Shown here: one piece after another, positions 62,251-64,000 of the stretch
Layout: the number at the start of each line of letters is the position of its first letter
Position numbering within the stretch: the stretch's first letter is position 1
Source: Mobula hypostoma
Lineage: Eukaryota
DNA length: 64,000 nt
Reading direction: 5' to 3'
Assembly (NCBI RefSeq): GCF_963921235.1
Contig: NC_086108.1
Coordinates: 52,268,001 to 52,332,000, forward strand
Notes under the pieces: generated by a model
Told to the model about the DNA's origin: nothing
What the model saw: only the letters and a program-made list of their open reading frames with translations
The model's database searches: none
Position numbers and translations under genes: made by a program

Positions 62251-64000
62251 TTATTTTTTCCAAACATGAGGTTGAAATAGAAAAAAGCTAAAAATAGCCA
62301 CTTTTAACTCAGCTCTGACTCTCAGACTGAGGTATGCATGTGATAACATTTTTAGAGGGTGACAAAATACCATGATGAGTATGTGCAGAAGTCAAGAATA
62401 CAGTTGTAAACCAAAGTTGTATGATTCCATTTGTGCAGTCATCCTGGTCTTGACAGACAAGGTGATCAAAGGCTCTGGAATTTTGATACCAAAAGACAGA
62501 ACTCTTTGATCAAGTTTGCTTTTGCCAATACCTGGAATCTGCCAATACCCTAAATGAGAGATTAGTCATCAAAAAATGCACAACACAATCTGCAGCTCAA
62601 TTCATCATTCCCTAAGCATTGCAGCTATTCAGATGTATCACCTTGTCATTGGGTACTCAGAGATGAAGGCAACTCAAGCCACTGAAATCCCTTCCAGATT
62701 GATACAGATTTCTAAGATGACCTAGGATCATTTGGATCCATAAAGGGATCTAATAATTATATTTCAAAGCTTCTATGCTGCATGGCACCGTGCACACCAG
62801 TGGGATTTATAAAACAATACAACTTTCCATTAGTGGATTATACTATTAATACAATAAAATATTTTGAGAAACATCACCTTAGTAAAATAATTAACCTTCA
62901 TTATTAGTTTATAATAATTAAGTATCATGGCTTAAGATCTCTCCCCTTTATATTGCACTCTATACACAGTGGTGAATAACTTGTGATGCATTTCAACCAG
63001 CTGATAAAAAAAAAATGGGGAAATTGCACATTTCCACACAGGTCACATTTCATTCAGAATAATATTTAAGGAGTTGGCAAACTTACTTTTATAGAAAGTG
63101 CATATAGGTGATTCAGCATCACATGATTTGGTTCAGGTAGTAAAGCAGGATCACACTAGATAAGTGAGATGGAGAAGTGAGTTAGACATTTTTATTGCTT
63201 CAACAAGCCAAGTATGGAACTGATTTACACATATTTCAGAAGACTGCACATACAATAGCAAATTACAAAATTCCTAATTGAATTTTTTATATCTCAAAGC
63301 AGCTTGTATAGCTTTAAGTGTAGTAAAGCAACAGAAGTTTTTATCATGAGTGCTTTTAAGAAAAACTTTTCACCACACTACATATGATTGGAAAGTGGTA
63401 GGTTTTAAAGATTATTTGAATATTAGAGGCATATAAAGGTTTAGGAAAGGAATGCCAAAATCTAGGTTTTGACAGGTGAAGTGAAAGTCTCTAATGGTAG
63501 TATGATTATTTTGTTTAACTATGCAAAAGAACAGAACTGAAGGAGTGTCGAAACTCAAAGACTCTAAGGCTGATGGATCACAGAAACAGGCAAAGATTTA
63601 GAAACAGGGATAAATGTTTAAAATCATGGTATTACTTAACTGGGGGCAGCCATTTCTGACTTCAGTTGAATAGTCAAGGAATGGAACCAGGTCAGTGTAA
63701 TCCATCTGGACATCGGTAGTAAAAATGGTAGATAGAATTTTCAATGATGTCAACAACCCCATTCAGGGCAAGAAGGCATTGTTTCTCTTGAAATTGTTAT
63801 ATCTACCATCAATTGAGATTTTGGCAAGGGACTTCTAGAAACAATAAAGGAGGATTTGGGAAGCAACAATGGATTCAAAGATTTTGAAGAAAAGGGTCGA
63901 CTACAAAAACATTGATGTTTCACTGAGCATATTGACGGCAGATTTGAAGGAGTGCGAATGTTACTGTAGGAGAGACTACATCAGCTTTCATGAGAACCAA

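Noticed and set aside
62523..62560. Apparent 18-nt minus-strand micro-exon (ag|GGTATTGGCAGATTCCAG|gt)
   Set aside because: Explained by a local 10-bp direct repeat (tgccaatacc x2); no supporting neighbouring exons.

Overview
Eukaryotic genomic DNA from a vertebrate, most likely a cartilaginous fish such as a ray or shark. This is inferred from the repeat content: CR1 LINEs with an SGNH-esterase ORF1, HE1/V-SINE, Deu-SINE, Rex1/Babar, Penelope and HERO. The + strand carries the 3' part of a myomegalin (PDE4DIP-like, centrosomin/CDK5RAP2 family) gene. I read 15 GT-AG exons by hand from 4311 to 48027 (2410 nt, about 803 codons, all splice phases compatible), ending in the CM2 motif. These are followed by 2 small candidate exons, a probable last exon at 53488 and a 3' UTR to about 55415. 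The introns are full of decayed retroelements, including a five-layer nested insertion (6.8-11.9 kb) and an internally deleted Tigger/pogo transposon with a long palindrome. The most notable non-obvious signals are: several Penelope termini carrying decayed minimal hammerhead ribozyme motifs; an exon homologous to the Olduvai/DUF1220-precursor region, preceded by a symmetric cassette exon; up to four possible reading-frame-switched C-termini; and a tandemly duplicated hairpin in the 3' UTR. No prokaryotic features, CRISPR arrays, tRNA or rRNA genes were seen. TE boundaries are approximate and family calls come from recognition, not database searches.
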